Shown piece by piece: positions 50,226 through 62,100 of a stretch of 64,000 nt of DNA. The notes beneath the pieces were generated by a model. The model had not been told where the DNA came from, did no database searches, and worked only from the letters and a program-made list of their open reading frames with translations. Within the stretch, counting starts at the first letter, position 1. The number at the start of each line of letters is the position of its first letter. The stretch spans positions 31,000,001 through 31,064,000 of the forward strand of contig NW_025964334.1 of NCBI RefSeq assembly GCF_023055435.1. Direction: 5' to 3'. The DNA comes from Haliotis rufescens (lineage: Eukaryota). A program made the translations under genes and the position numbers.

Positions 50226-50899
50226 GTGAAATAATCTGCCCAGTTTCTACCGTTCGCGGAAGAATACAAGACCTTTTTTCTCCCGAGCTCCGCAGAAGAA
50301 CACTGTTCATGAGCCTCATCTGGTTCTTCCAGTCCACCGGCTACTGGGGAGTCACCATCTACCTCCCAGAATACATGAACTCGCTGGGGGTGAATTCCTA
50401 CATGAACATGTTCACTATCTTTATAGGTGAACTACCAGGAATTGCCCTTGCAATGATCGTCATAGAAAGACACATGCTCGGAAGGATCAACAGTCTTAAA
50501 TTCTTCTCGTTCTTTACCGGGGCGTCGCTTCTTGTCTTTGCTTTCGTTCCCTTAGAAAGTATCAAAGCCGCGCTTGTTATTGTATGTTATTTCTTCATGG
50601 TGCCTATATACTCGATACTGAATGCATTTACCCCAGAAATATATCCCACAGATGTGCGGAGCACTGCCATGGCTTGGGCTAACATCGTCATTGAAATCCC
50701 GGGCTTGATTACTCCTTTTATCGGCGCCATGTTATTGTCGTCTGATATTGTCTGGCTATATCCGGTCACGTGGACCGCTTGCTTCCTGCTTCAGTTCATC
50801 TTCTGCTTCTTTGTGGGTGTGGAAACTGCAGGGGAGGAGCTGAATGACAGAAAAACTTGTGGGAAGCAGCCAGACAGTCACGTGTCCAGCACAGTGTAG
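50226..50899 (+). CDS. SVOP/SV2-like MFS transporter, coding exon 3
   Basis: TTTCAG| acceptor; six hydrophobic segments, PEIYPTDVRSTA, VETAG; spliced product 506 aa. Confidence 0.93.
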
Positions 50900-51944
50900 G
50901 AGGAGTTTGTATGTGTATTTATTTGTATGTGTTGTCGTTTGCTGTGGGCATACGTGTGTCAACAATCAAATATTGCCTTGCAGTGTGAATGCAGATCTGA
51001 AGTCCCGTGATGACAGTGTGAATTCTGTATGATCTGGACAACCTATGTTCACGCGAAACCGTTCCGTGACAGTATAAAGTGCGCCTGTGCAGCAGGCTCA
51101 AATCAATCCCTTAAAGTTTCACTCTTTGAGCCAAGGTTCATTCAGCCGAGACTAAGGTATCTAACAGCTTGCATTGTGTAGAGGAACTGTAGCTACATCA
51201 CGCCAGCCTGCAATATATGCTGCGAACATGGAACCGTATAATGAACTCCTGTATTGTACCTGGAACCCTACCAAGACATCCTGCATTGCGTCTGGAACAC
51301 GAAACATCTGTATGTCTGCTAACAAGGTTTATGTCTGAAACCTGTTCTCTACAAACTGCCATGGAACCTTTACACACCAGTCTTCAGTGTGCGGCCATGG
51401 GGCCATGACATAAGTTTGGGACGCGTCCATGTATATACGGTTCTGGTTACAGTTATGACCAAACGGGACCATCAAATTCGTCAATCAGCACTCGGGTATT
51501 CATTTTAACCGCCTGTGAATAAAAACGAGAAGCACGAGGAGCAATTCAACTAGGGTATTGCTCCCCCGTTAGTACAGTATTTTGGATGCTGTGCACGCCG
51601 TGTCTGTCTTTGCGGAGCAGATGAAGATTTGTATCACTTGTAGGCTGAGCGCACATGAATGCAGTATGCTCGGATGCTTAAAGTTTTAGACACTGCAAAA
51701 GGGAGAGGTTGATATAGTGTGGATCTCAAGATTAAGGTACCTCAAGATATTTACATATCCAGGTTTGAGAAGTTGTGTCATATACCAGGATATCTTGGAA
51801 GTTTGTAACCGGTTGGATCAGTTTCGAATTCAAGGTTTTAGTGTTATCAGAATTGGTGCATTTTATCTCCATATATTTTATTGATAAGTTTTTCACGCTT
51901 GAATGAGTGCAGGACTGCAGATGTATATCATGTATACCTATTTT

Positions 51945-52135
51945 GTGGTAAGAGGCGACTAACGGGATCGGGTGGTCAGACTCGCTGACTTTGTTGACGC
52001 ATGTCATCGCATTCCAATTGCGTGGATCGATGCTCATGATGTCAGTCACTGGACTGTCTGGCCCAGACTCAATTATTTACAGACCGCCGTCATATAGCTG
52101 TAATATTGCTGAGTGCGGCTTTAAACAACAAACGA
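51945..52135 (+). mobile_element. Retroposon family B, 5'-truncated
   Basis: GTAAGAGGCGACTAACGGGATCGGG...TTAAACAACAAAC. Confidence 0.87.
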
Positions 52136-52388
52136 ACGAAGTTGTTGATGCATGACTGTGGAAAGAAACGCCACTGGTTGTACGAGAATAGTAACTGGTT
52201 GTGCCCACAGTCAACACAGGTGGCTGTGTTGTCATGGTGTCCAAAGTCAACACCAACGGACATCGGATGTATCTGTATAGATATTGACCACGTTGGAATT
52301 CACGATTTGCCCCATCTTGATTCTTGGTCTGTCAGCACAATTCTGTTGTTTGTTTGGTATTGACATGACAGAAATACTGTTCAAACGT

Positions 52389-52656
52389 AGACCGCCTCCG
52401 TGGACTAGTGGTAGAGCGTCTGCCCGGAGAGCGGAAGGCCCGGGGTTCGATCACCGGCCGCGTCATACCAAAAGACGTTAAAAGATGGTAATTATTATTA
52501 ACATGTCTGGTGCTCGGCATTAAGGGGCTAAGACAAGGACTGGTCGGCTCGGAGTCAGTATTCTGTGTCTGAGTGGGGTATTCATGTTAAACTGCGGCAT
52601 GGTATCTCAGTGGGCTAGCACTATAAATCGGCATCAGTCCGGACTAGTACAAGCAT

Positions 52657-52703
<47 letters not shown>

Positions 52704-52753
52704 ATATAAGAGCAATAATCTTGGACGCGACGTTAAACCCCATTTCACCTCAC
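52389..52753 (+). mobile_element. SINE family D full length (tRNA head, Meta-like body, internal (CA)n)
   Basis: A-box TGGACTAGTGG, B-box GGTTCGATCAC; TSD CTGTT(C/T)AAACGT at 52377-52388 and 52754-52765. Confidence 0.9.
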
Positions 52754-53167
52754 CTGTTTAAACGTCTTTAAACCATTTCACCCTCTTACGATGTCCACAG
52801 CTGTCTCTTTGACTGTCCCAGAGCGTTCTAATGTCCTAATGTCAATATAACATTGCACGTAGGTGTCCGATACATGGTTAGTACATACATGTGCTCACAG
52901 GGAGATACCGGACATTCAATGTTCAGAAAGCTTCTCTGGTTAGAGATCTTTGCAGCACGTCAAGTCAATTATTGGGAAAGATTTTTCATTGGTGTTTCTG
53001 GTAAGTACATATCGCGCTTTTATGTAAATGTATTGCAATGCATGTTTATTTACACAGATATATAGATTTATTTATGTATACACTCCAGGACATGTTTGTG
53101 TTTCTATATAGTTATATTCTTAGGTATAGAGGCAGCAGAGAGCGATAGAGAGATCCATCTTCCCGAG

Positions 53168-53169
<2 letters not shown>

Positions 53170-53211
<42 letters not shown>

Positions 53212-53350
53212 TTTTATGCCGGTTTTAATATTCCAACAATATAACGGCAGGGGCATCAGAAATGGGCTTCACACATTGCACCCATGTTGGGAATCGTACA
53301 CTGGCCGCGTGACGAACGAACGCTTGATCACCAGGCTACCCCACCGCTCC
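53170..53350 (-). mobile_element. SINE family C with adjacent (GA)n microsatellite
   Basis: GGGCTTCACACATTG...GTGACGAACGAACG matches family C. Confidence 0.78.
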
Positions 53351-53562
53351 TTACTCTAGGGAGCAAAGAACTGAATGGCCATCACTCACCATTATCATTC
53401 CTGAAGTAATCAAAATTACTTGACAATTGATAGATGCCGTTTATTTCATTCATTCGTTTTGCATTCTCTTATGGGCATTACTCGCCAGCGGCCCCCCCCC
53501 CCCCCCCCCAAATAACACCAGACCGCCATTTCATGCATGGCACTGGTCCCTGATCAAATATA

Positions 53563-53701
53563 TACTGCTCAAAAGAAGATAAAGAACATCCGCTTGTTAA
53601 ATATGACGTTATTTAATCCGTCATACCATGATAGATTAACTACAGTCAGGTATAGTCATATAGAAAAATCGGGTGTTCTTTAACTTCTTTTGTGGGGAAT
53701 A
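53563..53701. mobile_element. Short Tc1-like MITE
   Basis: Imperfect TIRs CAAAAGAAG(A/T)TAAAGAACA(T/C)CCG. Confidence 0.55.
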
Positions 53702-54013
53702 GTAGACTGTGACCAGTATACCAGAGCTTGTTTAAACCATGGCGTCATACACCAGTCCTCCTGGCCCCTACTTACATTAAGTCAAATGACCCCATTTTTT
53801 AATTTAATCGGGGTCAGAGTAGGCCCCAATACTCCAAGTTAATTGTAATTATAAAAGCTGACTGATTTAATAATGTGTGATCTAGTTGATTGTTTCATCT
53901 TGCCCGGACGGCGTAGATCGTTGACCATGCTTTCATATTTCATCTCAAAATATCAGTTTTTAATAGCCAGTATTGAACATGACCATTTACGGGATATGAA
54001 AACTATTGTATTG

Positions 54014-54209
54014 CTTAGGAAGAGAATTTATGGATGTCAACTTCTTTATTATGAGGAACACAACGTTTCGGAGTATATGCTTACTCCTTCATCAGGCGAA
54101 GGAGTAAGGAGTAAGCATGTACTCCGATACATTGTGTTCCTCATAATAAAGAAGTTGACATCTATAAATTCTCTTCCGTATGTGTATCACTTCTAAATGC
54201 CTTTCAGAG
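54014..54209. mobile_element. Penelope-like element remnant (inverted pLTR-type fragment) with 12-bp TSD
   Basis: TSD ACTATTGTATTG at 54002-54013 and 54210-54221; inverted arms 54018-54090 and ~54107-54177; hammerhead core followed by AATAAA. Confidence 0.8.
54059..54098 (-). ncRNA. Minimal type I hammerhead ribozyme motif
   Basis: Minus strand CGC-CTGATGA-A-GGAGT-AAGCATAT-ACTCC-GAAA-CGTT-GTG. Confidence 0.7.
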
Positions 54210-55448
54210 ACTATTGTATTGGTTGATATACACCTAGATTATACATTTGTACTTGGACTTTTATATATGACTGCATTTATCTTCGTGGCATTAATTCAAT
54301 TGCTAATCAAAAAGTCCCACATGATGATGTCTTTGTCACTCTTCTTGAGTCCGCATTCGTTGCTTGCATGCATCCTACTCGACTTGGTGGATCGTTGATC
54401 CTGGCTTTCATGTTTCATCTCAAAATAGCAAGGTACTAAATTATGTTTCCTTGGTTTCATGGGCACTTGCGCTTGTATGAATTGTTTGTGAAACACCCGG
54501 CTTTGTTTATTATTCGTTTCTTAGATAATGAATTAATGACTTTTCCTTACCCTATTACCTTACCACTGGGTGTTTTTGTTTGATCTGGATCTCTGTTGAT
54601 ATCAGTTACCCAGCTGAAGTTGGTGTTTGTATATGCAGCGAACATTCATAATTGTATAACTTGGCGTTAGCCTTTAAACTCACTAATCTTTCTTATTTTT
54701 GCACTGACAAGTTTTTAATAGCCAGTTCAGTATTGAACATGACCATTTACGCGATATGAAAACTATTGCATTGGTTGATAATACACCGAGATTATATACA
54801 TTTGTACCTGGACTTTTTCATACGATTGCATTAATAATGGTGGCATTATTTCAATCGCAAATCAAAATATCCCAGATTCTGATGTCTTTGTAATTCTTCT
54901 TGGAGTCCGCATTCGTTGCTTGCATGCCATCGTACTCGACGACGGTGATCGATGTTCGTGTTATCAACCACTGGTTTGACTGGTCCAGTTCTGACTTAAC
55001 ATAGTATCGCTGTTTTAACCCTAACATACAGCTGTTCCTTTCCTTTGGGGAAACTGAAAGTATGCTATCTGTTCAGCTGTCAGGAATATTTGCACAGGCC
55101 CTGAAATTGTGGATCCGGAATCTCGCGGTCCTGTTTCTGATATGTCAGTCAAGTCCATTTTAGTATTTGAAGTGAGGATTTCCATTCCGACTTACGATTA
55201 TGACAACGTTTAAGAACTAATAGTCCTCTGTTTGATGAACGTTTTCAGGCATCAAATTAATCAACAGAAACTCGCCGCATTCATATATATTCAAATTGTC
55301 ATTGATGTCAATTTCCCAGTACCGTGTTTCAATGTGTGCAGCACAGTAATGTTTTATTGTTATGGTAGTTGTTTGACTTTCATTTTATGCTTTGGCATAT
55401 GAATAAAACCGATTTCTCAATATTCAAGATATCAACACCAGTCCACAA

Positions 55449-55754
55449 GACCCGTGAATATCCGGGTTAGAATAGGTCTTCAGCAACTAACGGGATCGGG
55501 TGTTCAGGGCCGCTGACATGGTTGATGATGTCAATAATGATGTCAATCACTGGATTGTCTGGTCCAGACTCGATTATTTACAGACCGCCGTCATATAGCT
55601 GAAATCTCGCTGAGTGCGGCGTTAAACAACAAACAAAAGCAATTGCGTGGATCGATGCTCATGATATCAATCACTGGATTGTCTGGCCCAGCCTCGATTA
55701 CTTACAGACCGCCGTCATGTAGCTGGTATATTGCTGGGTGCGGCGTTAAACAAA
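55449..55754 (+). mobile_element. Retroposon family B with duplicated 3' half and 10-bp TSD
   Basis: TSD CAGTCCACAA at 55439-55448 and 55755-55764; starts GACCCGTGAA. Confidence 0.88.
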
Positions 55755-56039
55755 CAGTCCACAAATTCTGGGGTGAACTACAGTGCCTCCTGGTGACACT
55801 CTAACATAAGGGAACGCAGACCAGTTTATTATTTTATAGACCAATTGTTATTACGTTTTAGTTTGAATTAGTTTTATGTGAATTTTTAGTATGAATGTGA
55901 CCTATGGTGTGGGATCCGTATAACGGACAGATTTTCGAATAAATGACAGGAGTGTGGTGCTTTTTTGTGCATGCCGTGTATGTTTTAACTTGCTTAATAA
56001 AATGCTTGAAAAATAACTTTATTGATGTGATTAATAAAT

Positions 56040-56191
56040 CTGACTTGGTTGATGCATGTCATCATATCCCAATTGTGTGGATCGATGCTCATGATATCAA
56101 TCACCGGATTGTCTGGTCCAGACCCGATTATTAACAGACCGCCGTAATGTTGCTGAAATATTTTGAGTGCGGCGTTAAACAACAAACAAAC
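56040..56191 (+). mobile_element. Retroposon family B, 3' half
   Basis: CTGACTTGGTTGATGCATGTC...GGCGTTAAACAACAAAC. Confidence 0.85.
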
Positions 56192-56827
56192 AAGATCACT
56201 CTGTTTCCACATCATCAAAATATATATGCATATCTTCCCAAATCACACAACAGATATTTCGAATAATTTGTTTAAATAATGATATAGATATTTGTGTCAG
56301 AGAAAAAGAATGCTATCAAGATATGAAATCGGTATTGAAATGCATCTCGGTAGCGCCATGGATAATTACTGGAATATATTTTCCATGGCGCAAATTGTGA
56401 CGTCAACTTTGGGTATTAATTTTTAGAAATAACAGATAACTCGGTTAAGCTTTCTCTTTATTGGTGACAGAAAATGCCATTTGTAAATTGTAAATAAGTT
56501 AATATTCAAATATTTATTTATTCAAGTCTACAAGGTCAGTTTATCTAGAGAAGTAGCTCTTGAAAGCGTTAGGCTGTGCACAGGGTGTAGACCTTTTGAC
56601 CCAGAGTTGTGTTTACTCAGCCAAGGTCGACATCGTGCGCCTGGACCTGTCCAGAGGTGAAATGGTGAGATTCACTGGTGTACAGTAGCACATATGGAAT
56701 TTCAAAGAAATTCACAACATAATTACACGACACGGATTGTTCTACATGTTTCAACCATATACTCAGGGAGAAGTGATAACAGTTACTGTATTCTGACTAT
56801 GGTAACTGTAATCACTTCTCCCTGATT

Positions 56828-57020
56828 CCCGTAAAGGTCCAGGGTAGAACAGGTCTTCAGCAACACATGCTTACTGGTAAAAGGCGACTATGCTTGTCGT
56901 AAGAGGCGACTAACGGGATCGGGTGGTCAGGCTCGCTGACTTGGTTATTAAGAGTCATCGATCCCAATTGCGTGGATCGATGCTCATGTTGTCAATCACC
57001 GGATTGTCTGGTCCAGATTC
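56828..57020 (+). mobile_element. Retroposon family B, 5' two-thirds, followed by a short inverted piece
   Basis: CCCGTAAAGGTCCAGGGTAGAACAGGTCTTCAGC... Confidence 0.85.
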
Positions 57021-59111
57021 GTAAAAATCGACTCCGGTCCAGACATCATGCGCATCGAACTATGCAATTGGGATACCATGACACTTAACGATCGAGCTGA
57101 TTTTGAATCATATCTTTGCTAATGATATTACCATTTTACGGTTCGACCAACATTCGATTATTTACAGACCACCGTGACAAGTGGTAGTACTGCTGACTAG
57201 CGTAAAGTAGTGTGTACTTTAGTGTTACTAACCACCTCTTACGCACAAGGAACTTGACTCATGTATGTCTGAAATGAATACAGACAGATCTGTAATGTTT
57301 CAAGAACAGGTCAATGATGCTTGAGGATTTACACTCGGACAGATCTCGAAATACAATGTAAAAGAGAAACGATTACAGCCTGTGACATTTATTGCAACAA
57401 TTAACAAGAATAGTACAACATAAAACGGTAATTCCTAATTGCAATTTTTAGTGTCACACAAATGGACAGATAAATCCGTCGGTTGCTCAAATATGTTTTC
57501 ATACAAAGTCTCAATTATGCAATGCAATAAGAAATTTAAACACACGACTGAGGTGTTCACCGTGGAGGAAGGCAATAAAGACATCGTGTTACTGTTTCTG
57601 GTTTATATTTTATTTGTTCATGTGAAGGGTGCATTAATGTCCGGCAAGATTGTGACATTAGATGAACTTGCTGTCGTTTGAAATGTTGACAGTTTTGCAT
57701 TGTAGGATTGCCGCCTCCACCATCTCTAACCAAAGCGGTCATTTTACACTGTTCTTTACTGTATTCACTCACAGGTCGGCCAATGACAAAATATAAGATG
57801 CGGCAAAAAAGTACAAATGCTATTTAATATTCGAACTTGCACATCAAGATACCCATTAGAAGAAATCGTACATCAAGTTCGCACTATAATACCTAACTGC
57901 CTTCAGTGTCCGTTACGACACAACCAAGAACACGGAAAACGTCGAAAAGGATGTTATTCTTCCCGAGTGCGTTGTTGTCTCATAACGAAAACCTCCGGTA
58001 CTTTGGTCTGCGAAGTCGACGTATATTTCAGATAGTTGGTCTTTTGTGTGCAAAATCGTGAAATAGCACACATGCTTCTGTGTAATGCCACTAATGGATA
58101 CATCTTGCCGTGAGACACGGTGTCAGACCTTTACCACTCTGATGAAATTTACAAACACGGGTGTGGTGCTAGCAGACCAAGGATCGTGAACGACGGGAAT
58201 CTGGGATTCGAACCCATTACCACAACCATAATGCCACTGTGCAGTGCGGCGTCTTTGACAGTCACCATGACCCATTACATTTGGTGCTCAGAACAAACAG
58301 GTGTTCACAGCAACAGTGTACTACATCACTACGTGGCATGGATGGAATAGTAAGGGTGTGAGGAACAACAAACATGAACTTACAGTCTATATCGTCTTAT
58401 AAGTGTGGAATATGCAGACTTCATGAAGCCATACCGTGTAAGGCCATATTAACAAAAATATTGTTTCGCATCACTTTTTAAAAACCAAAATGGGTAGGTG
58501 GTCGAATTTTTGTTCAAGTTTTTTTGTGTATCTTAACCATTTTACAAAAACGCCCGTCCAGGGCTTTAAAACACCCCAATCTGTCGTATGAAAATCACGA
58601 ACGGCAATGCGGTCATCGGGGCGGGTTACATACAAAAGTCCAAATTCTGAATGGAAATTTACACTAAAAATGTGGAACCTGAACCGAGTAAAGCATGCCA
58701 AATTCTTTTTTAAAACTTTAGGGCAGGGCCCTACGTTTTTACTGTGGTATATGCCATGTGTCCATTTGTGTCAAATCTATTCAGTGTCAGCCTTCCCTTT
58801 TCATATTTTAAATAATTATCACTTTCCCATTCTCGCCTATTTTTAGATATGATCATAACAAGTGCATTAGTTCACTAATGTTGAAGGATGCTGTGTGACT
58901 GCGATGTCATCTAGTCAAACAATCTTTGTATCTTTAAATAGTGTACAAACAACAGAACGACGGACAGCTTCAAGACAACTTAAACAATACACCACACCAA
59001 AACGCCACGACCAATAGTGTCGCGAAGACAGGGTGACCGGTGCGGCAAAACAGACAGTGAACGAACCTAGTCATTAAAACAGGTTTAGAAAATAATCGGA
59101 ATGTCAACAGC

Positions 59112-62100
59112 CGTTCAAGGCTGTACTTGATGTGAGGGAGTCGTTCAGGCTGTACTGGGTGTGAGAGAGTAGTTCAGGCTGTACTGGGTGTGAGAGAGTC
59201 GTTCAGGCTGTACTGGGTGTGAGAGAGTAGTTCAGGCTGTACTGGATGTGAGAGAGTAGTTCAGGCTGTACTGGGTGTGAGAGAGTCGTTCAGGCTGTAC
59301 TGGATGTGAGGGAGTCGTTCAGGCTGTACTGGGTGTGAGGGAGTCGTTCAGGCTGTACTGGATGTGAGAGAGTCGTTCAGGCTGTACTGGATGTGAGGGA
59401 GTCGTTCAGGCTGTACTGGATGTGAGGGAGTCGTTCAGGCTGTACTGGGTGTGAGAGAGTCGTTCAGGCTGTACTGGATGTGAGGGAGTCGTTCAGGCTG
59501 TACTGGGTGTGAGGGAGTCGTTCAGCCTGTACTGGATGTGAGAGAGTCGTTCAGGCTGTACTGGATGTGAGGGAGTCGTTCAGGCTGTACTGGATGTGAG
59601 GGAGTCGCTCAGGCTGTACTGGATGTGAAGGAGTTCAGGCTGTACTGTGTGAGGGAGTCGTTCAGGCTGTACTGGGTGTGAGGGAGTCGTTCACGCTGTA
59701 CTGGATGTGAGGGAGTCGTTCAGGCTGTACTGGGTGTGAGGGAGTCGTTCAGGCTGTACTGGGTGTGAGGGAGTCGTTCAGGCTGTACTGGGTGTGAGGG
59801 AGTCGTTCAGGCTGTACTGGATGTGAGGGAGTCGTTCAGGCTGTACTGGATGTGAGAGAGTCGTTCAGGCTGTACTGGATGTGAGGGAGTCGTTCAGGCT
59901 GTACTGGGTGTGAGGGAGTAGTTCAGGCTGTACTGGATGTGAGAGAGTCGTTCAGGCTGTACTGGATGTGAGGGAGTCGTTCAGGCTGTACTGGATGTGA
60001 GGGAGTCGTTCAGGCTGTACTGGGTGTGAGGGAGTCGTTCAGGCTGTACTGGGTGTGAGGGAGTCGTTCAGGCTGTACTGGGTGTGAGGGAGTCGTTCAG
60101 GCTGTACTGGGTGTGAGGGAGTAGTTCAGGCTGTACTGGATGTGAGGGAGTCGTTCAGGCTGTACTGGATGTGAGGGAGTCGTTCAGGCTGTACTGGATG
60201 TGAGGGAGTAGTTCAGGCTGTACTGGGTGTGAGGGAGTCGTTCAGGCTGTACTGGGTGTGAGGGAGTCGTTCAGGCTGTACTGGATGTGAGGGAGTCGTT
60301 CAGGCTGTACTGGGTGTGAGGTAGTCGTTCAGGCTGTGCTGGGTGTGAGGGAGTCGTTCAGGCTGTACTGGATGTGAGGGAGTCGTTCAGGCTGTACTGT
60401 GTGAGGGAGTAGTTCAGGCTGTACTGGGTGTGAGAGAGTCGTTCAGGCTGTACTGGATGTGAGAGAGTCGTTCAGGCTGTACTGGATGTGAGAGAGTCGT
60501 TCAGGCTGTACTGGATGTGAGGGAGTCGTTCAGGCTGTACTGGATGTGAGGGAGTCGTTCAGGCTGTACTGGATGTGAAGGAGTTCAGGCTGTACTGTGT
60601 GAGGGAGTCGTTCAGGCTGTACTGGATGTGAGGGAGTCGTTCAGGCTGTACTGAATGTGAGGGAGTAGTTCAGGCTGTACTGGATGTGAGGGAGTCGTTC
60701 AGGCTGTACTGGATGTGAGGGAGTCGTTCAGGCTGTACTGGATGTGAAGGAGTTCAGGCTGTACTGTGTGAGGGAGTCGTTCAGGCTGTACTGTGTGAGG
60801 GAGTAGTTCAGGCTGTACTGGGTGTGAGAGAGTCGTTCAGGCTGTACTGGATGTGAGGGAGTCGTTCAGGCTGTACTGGATGTGAGGGAGTCGTTCAGCC
60901 TGTACTGGGTGTGAGGGAGTCGTTCAGGCTGTACTGTGTGAGGGAGTCGTTCAGGCTGTACTGGGTGTGAGGGAGTCGTTCAGGCTGTACTGGGTATTAG
61001 GGAGTCGTTCAGGCTGTACTGGATGTGAGGGAGTCGTTCAGGCTGTACTGGATGTGAGGGAGTCGTTCAGGCTGTACTGTGTGAGGGAGTCGTTCAGGCT
61101 GTACTGTGTGAGGGAGTCGTTCAGGCTGTACTGGGTGTGAGGGAGTCGTTCAGGCTGTACTGGGTATTAGGGAGTCGTTCAGGCTGTACTGGATGTGAGG
61201 GAGTCGTTCAGGCTGTACTGGGTGTGAGGGAGTCGTTCAGGCTGTACTGGGTATTAGAGAGTCGTTCAGGCTGTACTGGATGTGAGGGAGTCGTTCAGGC
61301 TGTACTGGATGTGAGGGAGTAGTTCAGGCTGTACTGGATGTGAGAGAGTCGTTCAGGCTGTACTGGATGTGAGGGAGTCGCTCAGGCTGTACTGGATGTG
61401 AGAGAGTCGTTCAGGCTGTACTGGATGTGAGGGAGTCGTTCAGGCTGTACTGGGTGTGAGAGAGTCGTTCAGGCTGTACTGGGTGTGAGAGAGTCGTTCA
61501 GGCTGTACTGGATGTGAGGGAGTCGTTCAGGCTGTACTGGATGTGAGAGAGTAGTTCAGGCTGTACTGGGTGTGAGAGAGTCGTTCAGGCTGTACTGGGT
61601 GTGAGAGAGTCGTTCAGGCTGTACTGGATGTGAGGGAGTCGTTCAGGCTGTACTGAATGTGAGGGAGTAGTTCAGGCTGTACTGAATGTGAGGGAGTCGT
61701 TCAGGCTGTACTGGATGTGAAGGAGTTCAGGCTGTACTGTGTGAGGGAGTCGTTCAGGCTGTACTGAATGTGAGGTAGTCGTTCAGGCTGTGCTGTGTGA
61801 GGGAGTCGTTCAGGCTGTACTGGGTGTGAGGTAGTCGTTCAGGCTGTGCTGGGTGTGAGGGAGTCGTTCAGGCTGTACTGGATGTGAGGGAGTCGTTCAG
61901 GCTGTACTGTGTGAGGGAGTCATTCAGGCTGTACTGGATGTGAAGGAGTTCAGGCTGTGCTGGGTGTGAGAGAGTCGTTCAGGCTGTACTGTGTGAGGGA
62001 GTCGTTCAGGCTGTACTGGATGTGAGGGAGTTCAGGCTGTACTGGATGTGAGGGAGTCGTTCAGCCTGTACTGGATGTGAGGGAGTCGTTCAGGCTGTAC

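Larger units (their letters stand above)
53956..54950. repeat. Local direct duplication (53956-54395 vs 54712-54950); the first copy carries a 196-bp insertion
   Basis: TTTTAATAGCCAG...GAACATGACCATTTACG...GAGTCCGCATTCGTTGCTTGCATG shared. Confidence 0.88.

Noticed and set aside
19333-50899. All reconstructed coding introns are phase 1
   Set aside because: Expected for Ly6 and for C2H2 TG|E linkers; the small sample makes the rest unremarkable
57380-59110. 3' UTR or last exon of another minus-strand gene (AATAAA at ~57388)
   Set aside because: No coding exon recognised; composition alone is insufficient
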